This document shows, one piece after another, positions 19,363 through 26,895 of a stretch of 64,000 nucleotides of DNA. Position numbers and translations under genes: made by a program. The notes beneath the pieces were generated by a model. That model was not told the DNA's origin, made no database searches, and was given only the letters and a program-made list of their open reading frames with translations. The stretch covers positions 37,739 to 101,738 of the forward strand of contig DASYAK010000009.1 of assembly GCA_036501385.1 (NCBI GenBank), written 5' to 3'. The stretch is from Gemmatimonadales bacterium (GTDB lineage: Bacteria > Gemmatimonadota > Gemmatimonadetes > Gemmatimonadales > GWC2-71-9). Position 1 is the stretch's first letter, and every line of letters begins with the position of its first letter.

Positions 19363-19382
19363 GATCACCCGATCGGGTGATC
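19363..19382. promoter_or_regulatory. Perfect 20-bp palindrome GATCACCCGATCGGGTGATC (three GATC sites); candidate operator or hairpin between the LuxR-type gene and the cassette
   Basis: It is exactly self-complementary and overlaps a second 12-bp palindrome, GGGTGATCACCC (19375..19386). It lies 8 nt after the LuxR-type stop and about 110 nt upstream of the lipoprotein ATG. No U-tract follows. Confidence 0.5.
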
Positions 19383-19389
19383 ACCCAAG

Positions 19390-19686
19390 TCAGTCAGGAT
19401 CACGTGTGCTCCAGAGGTTCCGCGCGATCTCCGAGAAGAGCACGCCCAGTTCGACGCGGCCGCCAAGCCCGACCCGTTTGTAGGTCTGATGGAGCAAGGA
19501 TCGAACGTTGTCGACAGAGCACCCCAGCTCGCGCGCGATTTCTGAGTTCTTGCAGCCCAGCGACACGTGTTCGGCGATCCGTCGCTTCTGCGGCGACGTC
19601 GCGAGCAATACGCGCAGACGACCAGCCTTTGCCTCATGAACTGCGGCACGATCGGCATCCAGAGGTACCACACGGGAGTGCGACAT
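19390..19686 (-). CDS. Minimal LuxR/GerE-family HTH transcriptional regulator (no receiver or ligand domain)
   Basis: The C-terminal 60 aa, [50 protein letters not shown], match the GerE HTH. The ATG at 19686 is preceded by AGGAG. A longer ATG-initiated frame (to 19863) runs through the pentanucleotide repeat. Confidence 0.8.
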   Translation of the reverse strand: MSHSRVVPLDADRAAVHEAKAGRLRVLLATSPQKRRIAEHVSLGCKNSEIARELGCSVDNVRSLLHQTYKRVGLGGRVELGVLFSEIARNLWSTRDPD

Positions 19687-19737
19687 CTTCGCTCCTGGCA
19701 GCGTGGCGGCCGGTGTACCAACTGATCCTCGTCGCGC

Positions 19738-19807
19738 GCGTGGCGTGGCGTGGCGTGGCGTGGCGTGGCGTGGCGTGGCGTGGCGTGGCGTGGCGTGGCG
19801 TGGCGTG
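19738..19807. repeat. Perfect pentanucleotide microsatellite (GCGTG)14
   Basis: 14 uninterrupted copies (70 bp), read directly from the sequence. It lies in the 252-bp divergent spacer between the LuxR-type gene (start 19686) and the Ser/Thr kinase gene (start 19939). Confidence 0.97.
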
Positions 19808-19938
19808 TGAGCATAGCCCACGGTTCGCGTTCCTGTCAACCGACGCTTCTGCCAGTAACTCATTCGTCACAACCAGCCCGGCGCCGTAGTCCCGTCCTCG
19901 ACCCGAGTCCCCCCACCCCATGCTATTCTATACGTCGC

Positions 19939-21858
19939 ATGAGCAACGCCGACCACCCCGACGACCTCTTCCTCGCCCTCCAGGAAGCGCTCGCCGGTCG
20001 CTACTCGCTCGAACGCGAGATCGGCCGCGGCGGAATGGGAATCGTCTATCTAGCCCGTGACGTCCGGCTCGACCGGCCCGTAGCGCTCAAGCTCCTCCCG
20101 CCCGAACGCGCCGCACGCCAGGATCTTCGCCAGCGCTTTCTCGATGAAGCCCGGATGGCCGCGCGACTGGCCCACCCCAACATCGTGCCGATTCACGCCG
20201 TCGAGGAAGCCGGGCCGTTCGTCTTCTACGCCATGCGCTATGTCGAGGGCGAAACGCTCGGCGAGCGGCTCCGGCGCGTGGGGAATCTCGGTCACCCCGC
20301 GACGATCCGGATCCTGCGCGACACCGCCTATGCGCTCGCGTACGCGCATGCGCAGCACGTGATTCACCGCGACATCAAGCCCGACAACATCCTCCTCGAA
20401 GCGGGTAGCGACCGCGCCGTGGTAACCGACTTCGGTATCGCCCGTCTGATGGGACAGGGCGACGATCTCCGTCACCCCGTGGTGGGAACGCCGGAATACG
20501 TGGCACCCGAACAGGCTGCGGGGCTCGAAGTCGACGGCCGCAGTGATCTCTACGCCCTCGGCGCCGTGGGATATCACTGCATCGTCGGCCGTCCGCCGTT
20601 CGAGGGCGACGTGCAGCAGTTGCTGGCGCAGCATCTCTCGCGCCGCGCCACGCCGTTGCTCGAGGCCGCGCCGGGCACGCCATCGATCTTCGCCACCGCC
20701 ATCGATCGCGCGCTGGAAAAGGATCCGCCGCTTCGCTTCGACACCGCCGAGGCGTTCGCCGAAGCGCTCGGCGCGTCGCTCAGCACCAGCGGCGATCTCC
20801 CGGTGCCGGTGCGCGTCTGGGTGGAGCGAGGGCGCGAACTCAAGGGGATCTACGTCATCTGGTCGTGCTTCTTCTACGGCATCGGTACGATGGCACTGGT
20901 TGGCGCGCTGCTCAACAGCAGCTGGCCGTGGCAGGCTGTGGTCTTCATGGGACTGTGCGCGGCATCGAGCGTCGCGCCCTGGATTGCGCATGGACTCTGG
21001 CGGCTGAGCGAAACGCGCAAGGCGATCGAGGCCGGGGCCACGCTCGACGATCTCCGCCACGGTGCGCTCGTGGCGCTCGAACGCCGCGAGGAAGAGCTGC
21101 GCTACGAGGCGTCGCGCGCGGTGCATCCGCTGGCGCGCCTGATCCGGATTCTGACCTACGGTGCCTTTGTCGCGGCGATCGGTGCGCTCATTGGCGGCGT
21201 GTTCATCAGCACGGGCGGCCGGATGTCACGGGAGTTCTTCGCGATCTTCGGCGCGTTCACGATGGCGACCGTTGGCGGCGCGCTCTTCGGGCTGGTCTTC
21301 CCGGGCCGGCGCGTCGGCATTCGCGATCATTTCGCGCGGCTGCGCCTCTGGTTCTGGAACTCGCCGCTGGGAGATCTTACCGGCCAGCTCGCGTCATTCG
21401 GCCTCAAACGCCAGGTCGTGCGGCGATGGACCGGATCGCGAAAGACCGAGACCGCGCTGGGCGACATCACGGCGACGCTCTTCGCCGCCCTTCCCCAGGC
21501 CGACCGCGCCACCCTGGCCGATCTTCCCGATGTTGTCGCGCGGCTCGAGGACGCCGCCGCTCGCGCCAGGAGTCACCTCGCCCACGGTGACGATCCGGCA
21601 TGGGCCGAGCGCTTGCAACGCGCCGTTGCGGCGATCGAGACGCTGCGCCTGGGCCTGCTGCGGATGACCACCGATCGCGCCGCGGCAACTTCGCTCAGCA
21701 CCGACCTCGACGCCGCGCGTGATCTCTCCGAACGGATCGGCTATCTGATCGAAGGAGCGGCGGAAGTCTCCGACTGGCTCGCCGGATCGGACGGTGGCGA
21801 CCAGAGGCGCACCCACGCGACACCAAGACAGAGGGCGGCGAGCACGTCACTCGGGTAG
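19939..21858 (+). CDS. Membrane Ser/Thr protein kinase (Hanks-type) with a 4-TM and helical C-terminal region
   Basis: Kinase motifs are GRGGMGIVYLA, VALK, HRDIKPDNILL, DFG and APE. They are followed by four hydrophobic helices and a roughly 180-aa Ala/Arg/Leu-rich tail. The ATG at 19939 was chosen; the upstream part of ORF 19750.. is repeat-derived. Confidence 0.9.
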   Translation: MSNADHPDDLFLALQEALAGRYSLEREIGRGGMGIVYLARDVRLDRPVALKLLPPERAARQDLRQRFLDEARMAARLAHPNIVPIHAVEEAGPFVFYAMRYVEGETLGERLRRVGNLGHPATIRILRDTAYALAYAHAQHVIHRDIKPDNILLEAGSDRAVVTDFGIARLMGQGDDLRHPVVGTPEYVAPEQAAGLEVDGRSDLYALGAVGYHCIVGRPPFEGDVQQLLAQHLSRRATPLLEAAPGTPSIFATAIDRALEKDPPLRFDTAEAFAEALGASLSTSGDLPVPVRVWVERGRELKGIYVIWSCFFYGIGTMALVGALLNSSWPWQAVVFMGLCAASSVAPWIAHGLWRLSETRKAIEAGATLDDLRHGALVALERREEELRYEASRAVHPLARLIRILTYGAFVAAIGALIGGVFISTGGRMSREFFAIFGAFTMATVGGALFGLVFPGRRVGIRDHFARLRLWFWNSPLGDLTGQLASFGLKRQVVRRWTGSRKTETALGDITATLFAALPQADRATLADLPDVVARLEDAAARARSHLAHGDDPAWAERLQRAVAAIETLRLGLLRMTTDRAAATSLSTDLDAARDLSERIGYLIEGAAEVSDWLAGSDGGDQRRTHATPRQRAASTSLG

Positions 21859-22388
21859 TGGACACCGAGGTAGACGCGTGACGTCGCGATGGCACACGGG
21901 AGAATTACCGCGAGAATCCAGAGGACGATCTTCGCCGCACGCACATCGACAACGGTGGCGAGCTGCGCCAGGCCGTATCCCCAGAGAATCACCGCCAGCA
22001 TCGCGTGCCCTGACGGATACGAATACCACCCAGCTTCGCTCAGGTGCGGAACGACAGTTGGCCGGGGGCGATGAAAGAGATACTTGCTCACCGCGTAGAG
22101 TGCTTCGCCCGAGACACCGATCGCGAGAAAGCGCCGCGCCGCACTCCCGTTCCCGCGAAGCCCGAGCGACACCGCAATTCCGGCCGCGAGCGGGATTTCC
22201 CATTGCCAGTTGCCGAGATCGGAGAGTCCGCGCATGATGCGGGTGAGCGTGGGGCCCCGCAGCGTCGCGAAGTCTTCCAGTCCGCGGACGTCCCAACCGA
22301 GCGTCGCACCCCGCACCACCAGGACCGAGATGACCGCAAAGAGCAGCAGAAACCCGAGTGAGTAGCGTGACAAATGCGGGCGTCGCAT
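21741..22388 (-). CDS. PAP2-family phosphatase (membrane)
   Basis: It carries the KxxxxxxRP (KYLFHRPRP), PSGH and SRVYLGVHYPSD motifs and several TM helices. The ATG at 22388 gives MRRPHLSRYSLGFLLLF. The remainder of ORF 21741..22781 is an upstream extension. Confidence 0.85.
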   Translation of the reverse strand: MRRPHLSRYSLGFLLLFAVISVLVVRGATLGWDVRGLEDFATLRGPTLTRIMRGLSDLGNWQWEIPLAAGIAVSLGLRGNGSAARRFLAIGVSGEALYAVSKYLFHRPRPTVVPHLSEAGWYSYPSGHAMLAVILWGYGLAQLATVVDVRAAKIVLWILAVILPCAIATSRVYLGVHYPSDVLAALCLGVAWVRLWSPPSDPASQSETSAAPSIR

Positions 22389-23265
22389 GCCGCGCAAGGT
22401 AATCTCGCTCCTTCCCGGTGCCACCGAGATGGTCGCGGCAATCGGCGGGCTCGAACTCCTTGCGGCGGTGTCGCACGAGTGCGATTGGCCCCCGGAGGTG
22501 GCACGCCTTCCACGCGTCACGGTGACGCCGATCGACCCGACGCTATCGTCGGGTGCGATCGACCGGGCCGTGCGCGACGCCGCGGCGGCCGGGAAAGCGG
22601 TCATCGGGATCGCGGCCGATCTGCTGGTGTCGCTGCGACCGGACCTCATCATCACCCAGCAGCTCTGCGACGTCTGCGCCGTCGCCGACGGCGAAGCAAT
22701 GCGCCTCGCACAAGTGATCGCCCCTCCACCGGAAGTCCTCGTGCTGTCGGGGACGACGCTGGACGGCGTGTGGGACGACATTCGTGCCGTTGGCCGCGCA
22801 ATCGGGCATGAGGCGGAAGCGGAGCGCGTCGCCCGGGAGCTCGCTCGAGCCGTTCGCGAACTCGCGGCAGAAGCACTGGAGCCGCGGCCCCGCGTCGTCG
22901 TGACCGAGTGGATCGATCCCGTCTTTCTCGCCGGTCACTGGGTTCCCGAGATGGTTGCTGCCGCCGGCGGATTGGACGTGGGCGCGCGCCCGGGAGATCA
23001 CTCGGCCGTACGTACCTGGGACGAGGTGATTGCGCTCGACCCCGATCTGGTGGTGATCGCTCTCTGCGGCTTCGATGAATCACGCGCGCGAAGAGAACTC
23101 GCAGAGCTTCCGGATCGGCGGGCAAAGAAGTGGCTCGGCACGCGGCGCGTGCTGGTGATCGACGGGAATGCGTACACCAGCCGTCCAGGACCGCGGCTGG
23201 TGGAGGGAATTGCGCAGATTGCGAAGGCGATTCGAGCTCTCGCCCCCCGCTTCCGCTCAGGATGA
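22387..23265 (+). CDS. Cobalamin/siderophore-type periplasmic-binding-protein family protein (BtuF-like, no obvious signal peptide)
   Basis: MPRKVISLLPGATEMVAAIGG...VSHECDWP is typical of the PBP type 2 / BtuF-like cobalamin-binding family. 292 aa. Confidence 0.8.
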   Translation: MPRKVISLLPGATEMVAAIGGLELLAAVSHECDWPPEVARLPRVTVTPIDPTLSSGAIDRAVRDAAAAGKAVIGIAADLLVSLRPDLIITQQLCDVCAVADGEAMRLAQVIAPPPEVLVLSGTTLDGVWDDIRAVGRAIGHEAEAERVARELARAVRELAAEALEPRPRVVVTEWIDPVFLAGHWVPEMVAAAGGLDVGARPGDHSAVRTWDEVIALDPDLVVIALCGFDESRARRELAELPDRRAKKWLGTRRVLVIDGNAYTSRPGPRLVEGIAQIAKAIRALAPRFRSG

Positions 23266-24294
23266 CGATCCCATCGCCTCGCGGATCGCCACGGCGAATT
23301 CGTCGACATCGTCTGCCGATGTCGCCCAGCTGGTCATCCAGCGCACTTCATCGAGCGCATCATTCCACATGTAGAAGTAGAACTCCTCCTGCAATCTCGC
23401 GGTGACCGCACGCGGCAGCACGGCAAAGACGGCGCTGGCTTCGACCCTTTGAGTGATTCGCAGGCCGGGAATGTCGCGCACCGCCGCCGCCAGTCGTTGC
23501 GCCATCGCATTGGCGTTCGTCGCGTTGGCGAGCCAGAGATCGTCCTCGGCGAGCGCCAGGAACTGTGCTGCGAGGTAGCGTCCTTTCGACGACAATTGCG
23601 CCGACTGTTTCCGCAGGAACTTGAGCTCACTCCCATCATGATTGAACATGACGACGGCCTCAGCGCCCATCGCCCCGTTCTTGGTGGCGCCGAAGGAGAG
23701 TGCGTCGACGCCGGCGTCGACCGTGAAGGCGCGAAGCGGCAGGTTGAGCGCCGCGGCGGCGCTGGCGATGCGGGCGCCATCCATGAAAACGCGGAGGCCG
23801 AGTTCGTGCGACACGGCGGCGATGGCAGCGACCTCGTCGCGAGTGTACACGGTGCCGTACTCGGTCGGCTGCGCCAGTGCCACCACGTGCGGCTGCGACG
23901 CGTGCTCGTCTCCCAGGCGCTGCACCGCCCGCGGGATCTGGTCGGCGGAGATCTTGGCGTCGACCGACGGAAGGCCGAGCATCTTGCATCCGGTCAGCAG
24001 CTCCGGCGCGCCACATTCGTCCACGTTGACATGCGCCTGCTCGGCACAGAGGACCGCGTGCCAGGGGCGGGTCATCGCGCGAAGCGCCACGACATTGGCG
24101 CCAGTACCGTTCCAGACGAGGAATGACGCGGTCTTCGGCCCGAACTGGGCGGCAAACCATCCCCGCACTTCGTCGCTGTATTTATCATCACCATAGGCTG
24201 GCGCCGGGGCCTCGTTCACCCGCGCCAGCCAGTCGAGCACTGCCGGATGCACCGGCGCGGTGTTGTCGCTGGCAAACCCTCTCGGCAGATTCAT
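23257..24294 (-). CDS. ltaE: Low-specificity L-threonine aldolase (beta-eliminating lyase family, PLP)
   Basis: 345 aa. FASDNTAPVHPAVL...YGDD at the N-terminus and SFGATKNG (the PLP lysine region) are typical of threonine aldolases. Confidence 0.85.
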   Translation of the reverse strand: MNLPRGFASDNTAPVHPAVLDWLARVNEAPAPAYGDDKYSDEVRGWFAAQFGPKTASFLVWNGTGANVVALRAMTRPWHAVLCAEQAHVNVDECGAPELLTGCKMLGLPSVDAKISADQIPRAVQRLGDEHASQPHVVALAQPTEYGTVYTRDEVAAIAAVSHELGLRVFMDGARIASAAAALNLPLRAFTVDAGVDALSFGATKNGAMGAEAVVMFNHDGSELKFLRKQSAQLSSKGRYLAAQFLALAEDDLWLANATNANAMAQRLAAAVRDIPGLRITQRVEASAVFAVLPRAVTARLQEEFYFYMWNDALDEVRWMTSWATSADDVDEFAVAIREAMGSSS

Positions 24295-24668
24295 CCGTGC
24301 TCCTCCGCCCCGGTCACGTTGTCCTCCCAGAGCGCCAGCACGTTGCCATCGGGGTCGGCGACCAGCGCCATGATCCCGAAATCCTGCTGGGTCGGCTCGG
24401 CGACGAATCGGACTCCGAGTTCGCCCAGGTGCGAGCAGAGATCGAGGAGGGCCGGAACTTCGAGTGTGATTCCGGTATGCCGTCCGACCATCGCACGGGC
24501 ATCGGGATGCGCGGCTGGGTGAACACCAAGATGCGGCGCCTCGTCGAAGAACTCGAAGCCGAACGACCCCGCGGTATGCACGGGGAGGCCGAGCTGGTCT
24601 TCATAAAAGGCACGGGCCCGTTCGAGATCGGCCACGAAGACGGCGACACTTCGCAGTGATGCGGTCAT
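24291..24668 (-). CDS. VOC/glyoxalase family protein
   Basis: 125 aa with a VAVFVADLERARAFYEDQLGL N-terminus and a DPDGNVLALWE C-terminus. A 4-nt overlap links it to the downstream gene. Confidence 0.8.
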   Translation of the reverse strand: MTASLRSVAVFVADLERARAFYEDQLGLPVHTAGSFGFEFFDEAPHLGVHPAAHPDARAMVGRHTGITLEVPALLDLCSHLGELGVRFVAEPTQQDFGIMALVADPDGNVLALWEDNVTGAEEHG

Positions 24669-25615
24669 GGGGTTGTCGGGTCGGCGAGTTGAGGGTGAAG
24701 TGCCCGCAGATTGCGCCGCATTCCGGCGAGTCCGGTGCGCATCAGCGGCGTGTCGGCGAAGGTCTTGTCGAATGCCGCTTGATCCATCTGTTCGAAGAGC
24801 GACGGGTCGCGACGATCGGGATCGCGACGTTGCCGGAATTCGTCAACCGTCGTGGGTGCGGCGAACTTTACATTCCAGGGACAGACATCATTGCAGATGT
24901 CGCACCCGAACGCCCACCCATCGGCGTGAGCCATCGTCTCCGCCGGCAGCTCTCCCTTGTATTCGATGGTGAGGTACGAGAGACAGCGCGTCGCGTCGAG
25001 GACTCGTTCGTCGACGAAGGCACCGGTGGGACAGGCGTCGATACAACGGGTACACGATCCGCAGAGGTCGGTATTGGCTGGCGCGTCGGGCGCGACATCG
25101 AGATCGGTGAACACCGACCCGATGAAGGTGTACGACCCGACTCGCGGATGGATCAGCATGGTGTTTTTCCCGATCCATCCCAGTCCGGCGCGTTCGGCGA
25201 GTTCGCGATCGGGAACCGGCCCGTCGTCGACCCAGCCATGCGCAACCCCGGCACCGCGGGCCTTGAGCCATTCGGTGAGAATATGGAGCCGGCCGAGGGT
25301 GACGATGTGATAGTCCATCCCGCGGGCGTACGCCGCGATCTTGAAGGTATCGCCCGCCGTCGGGCGTTCATCGGGCCGCGGCGCATAGTTGTCGAGAACC
25401 ATCACTGCCGTGTGCGCGCCCGGCGTAATCGTCGCCGGGTTCTTCCGCTTCTTCGCCTGGCGATGCAGGTATCGCATCGTTCCGCCATAGCCGCGCGCGA
25501 GCCAGCGATCGAGCTCGGCGCCATGGCGATTCGCGTCGAGCGCCGTGATACCGCACGCCACGAATCCGATCCGCGCAGCCTCGGCCTTGATCTCCGCCGC
25601 GGGCACCGCCGTCAC
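24665..25615 (-). CDS. queG: Epoxyqueuosine reductase QueG
   Basis: It has two 4Fe-4S Cys clusters (CGSCTRCIDACP, CDICNDVCPWN) and the KNTMLIHPRVGSYTFIG motif. The GTG at 25615 overlaps the ndh stop (GTGA). The long upstream part of ORF 24665..26545 overlaps ndh out of frame. Confidence 0.85.
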   Translation of the reverse strand: MTAVPAAEIKAEAARIGFVACGITALDANRHGAELDRWLARGYGGTMRYLHRQAKKRKNPATITPGAHTAVMVLDNYAPRPDERPTAGDTFKIAAYARGMDYHIVTLGRLHILTEWLKARGAGVAHGWVDDGPVPDRELAERAGLGWIGKNTMLIHPRVGSYTFIGSVFTDLDVAPDAPANTDLCGSCTRCIDACPTGAFVDERVLDATRCLSYLTIEYKGELPAETMAHADGWAFGCDICNDVCPWNVKFAAPTTVDEFRQRRDPDRRDPSLFEQMDQAAFDKTFADTPLMRTGLAGMRRNLRALHPQLADPTTP

Positions 25616-26895
25616 GAGGCCGCACCTGTCGTCGGCGCAGGTTGCGCGACGTCGCCGGTGATCAAGCGCGCGCCGCGCGCGTAGGTGACGTACGACCACG
25701 CCCACTCGATCAGCACGAGTATGCGGTTGCGGAAGCCGATGAGATACGCGATGTGGAGAAAGATCCAGATCAGCCACGCGAAAAAGCCGCCGAACCTGAG
25801 ACCTGGCAGGTTGGCCACGGCGTCGCCACGGCCGATCACCGCAAGTTCGCCCTTGTTGCGATAATGGAACGGCACGCGCGGCCGCCCGGAGATCGTGGCG
25901 CGAATCGCTCGCGCGGCGTAGTCGCCCATCTGGATCGCAGCGGGGCAGACCGCCGGCACCGGCGCGCCATCGCCACGATCGCGACACGCGGCGGCATCGC
26001 CGAGCACCAGCACCTCGGGGTGACCGGGGATCGAGCAATCGGGCTCGACGATCACTCGCCCTTGTTTGTCGAGTGGCACGTTGAGCGTCCGGAGCAGCGA
26101 ACTTGCCTGATTGCCAGCCGCCCAGACCACCGTCGTCGTGGGAATCCGCCATCCGGCAGCTTCGACGGCATCGGGATGAATCGCCGTGACGAAGGTATTC
26201 TCCCGTACTTCGACGCCGAGATGGCGAAGATCGTTCTTGGCGCGCTCGGAGAGCGAAGGGGGATACGCTGCGAGGATTCGCGGCCCACCTTCGAGGAGGA
26301 CGACCGTCGCTTCGCGCGAATCGATGTGCCTGAAGTCCCGTGCCAGCGCAAAGCGCCGGATCTCGGCCAGTGCACCGGCAACCTCGACACCAGTTGGCCC
26401 GCCGCCCACGACGACGAACGTGAGGAGATGATGGCGCTTCGCCGGATCGGGTTCGCGTTCGGCGCGCTCGAATGCCAGCAGAATCCGCCGGCGAATCTCG
26501 AGGGCGTCTTCGAGATTCTTGAGTCCGGGCGCGAGAGGGGCCCACTCGTCATGTCCGAAGTACGAGTGGCGTGCGCCGGTGGCCACCGCGCAATAGTCGT
26601 ACGTAATGTCGGCGCCGTCTGCGAGATGCACGCTCTTGTTCGCCACGTCGACGCGAACGGCCTCGCCGAGGAGTACCTCGACATTACGCTGGCGGCGGAG
26701 GATCGAGCGGATCGGCGAGGCGATGTCCGATGGGTTGAGCGCGGCAGTCGCGACCTGGTAGAGCATCGGCTGGAAGAGATGATGATTCCGCCGGTCGATC
26801 AGCGTGATCCGCACTGGCGCGCGCTTCAGCGCCTTCGCCATGTAGAGACCGGCGAAGCCGCCGCCGAGAATGATGACATGAGGCCGATCAGGCAC
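25612..26895 (-). CDS. ndh: Type II NADH dehydrogenase (NDH-2), FAD-dependent
   Basis: 427 aa. It has an HVIILGGGFAG dinucleotide fold, a second VVGGGPTGVE fold, and NDH-2-like length and C-terminal membrane-anchoring helix. Confidence 0.88.
   Translation of the reverse strand: MPDRPHVIILGGGFAGLYMAKALKRAPVRITLIDRRNHHLFQPMLYQVATAALNPSDIASPIRSILRRQRNVEVLLGEAVRVDVANKSVHLADGADITYDYCAVATGARHSYFGHDEWAPLAPGLKNLEDALEIRRRILLAFERAEREPDPAKRHHLLTFVVVGGGPTGVEVAGALAEIRRFALARDFRHIDSREATVVLLEGGPRILAAYPPSLSERAKNDLRHLGVEVRENTFVTAIHPDAVEAAGWRIPTTTVVWAAGNQASSLLRTLNVPLDKQGRVIVEPDCSIPGHPEVLVLGDAAACRDRGDGAPVPAVCPAAIQMGDYAARAIRATISGRPRVPFHYRNKGELAVIGRGDAVANLPGLRFGGFFAWLIWIFLHIAYLIGFRNRILVLIEWAWSYVTYARGARLITGDVAQPAPTTGAAS

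Noticed and set aside
19738-19807. Possible CRISPR array or minisatellite of mobile-element origin
   Set aside because: The units are 5 nt with no spacers, and there are no cas genes or transposase nearby. It is a simple-sequence repeat.
19687-19938. Repeat-encoded peptides (HATPR)n and (WRGVA)n as real N-terminal extensions, and several ORFs (19278..19889, 19365..19814, 19634..19921) spanning the microsatellite
   Set aside because: (GCGTG)n has no stop codon in any frame on either strand, so open frames here are expected by chance. Both flanking genes have better-supported downstream starts: AGGAG plus ATG at 19686, and a family-typical kinase N-terminus at 19939. The long LuxR isoform is kept only as a hypothesis in the findings.
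22150-22386. Cobalamin riboswitch upstream of the BtuF-like gene (also considered upstream of metH, 7906..7967)
   Set aside because: No B12-box-like sequence is recognisable by eye. The region upstream of the BtuF-like gene is PAP2 coding sequence, and the metH leader is only 62 nt. A covariance-model scan would be needed to be certain.
25616-26545. N-terminal 310 codons of the 626-aa minus-strand ORF containing queG
   Set aside because: They overlap ndh in another frame and have a junk-like Arg/Pro-rich composition. QueG similarity starts at the GTG (25615) that overlaps the ndh stop.
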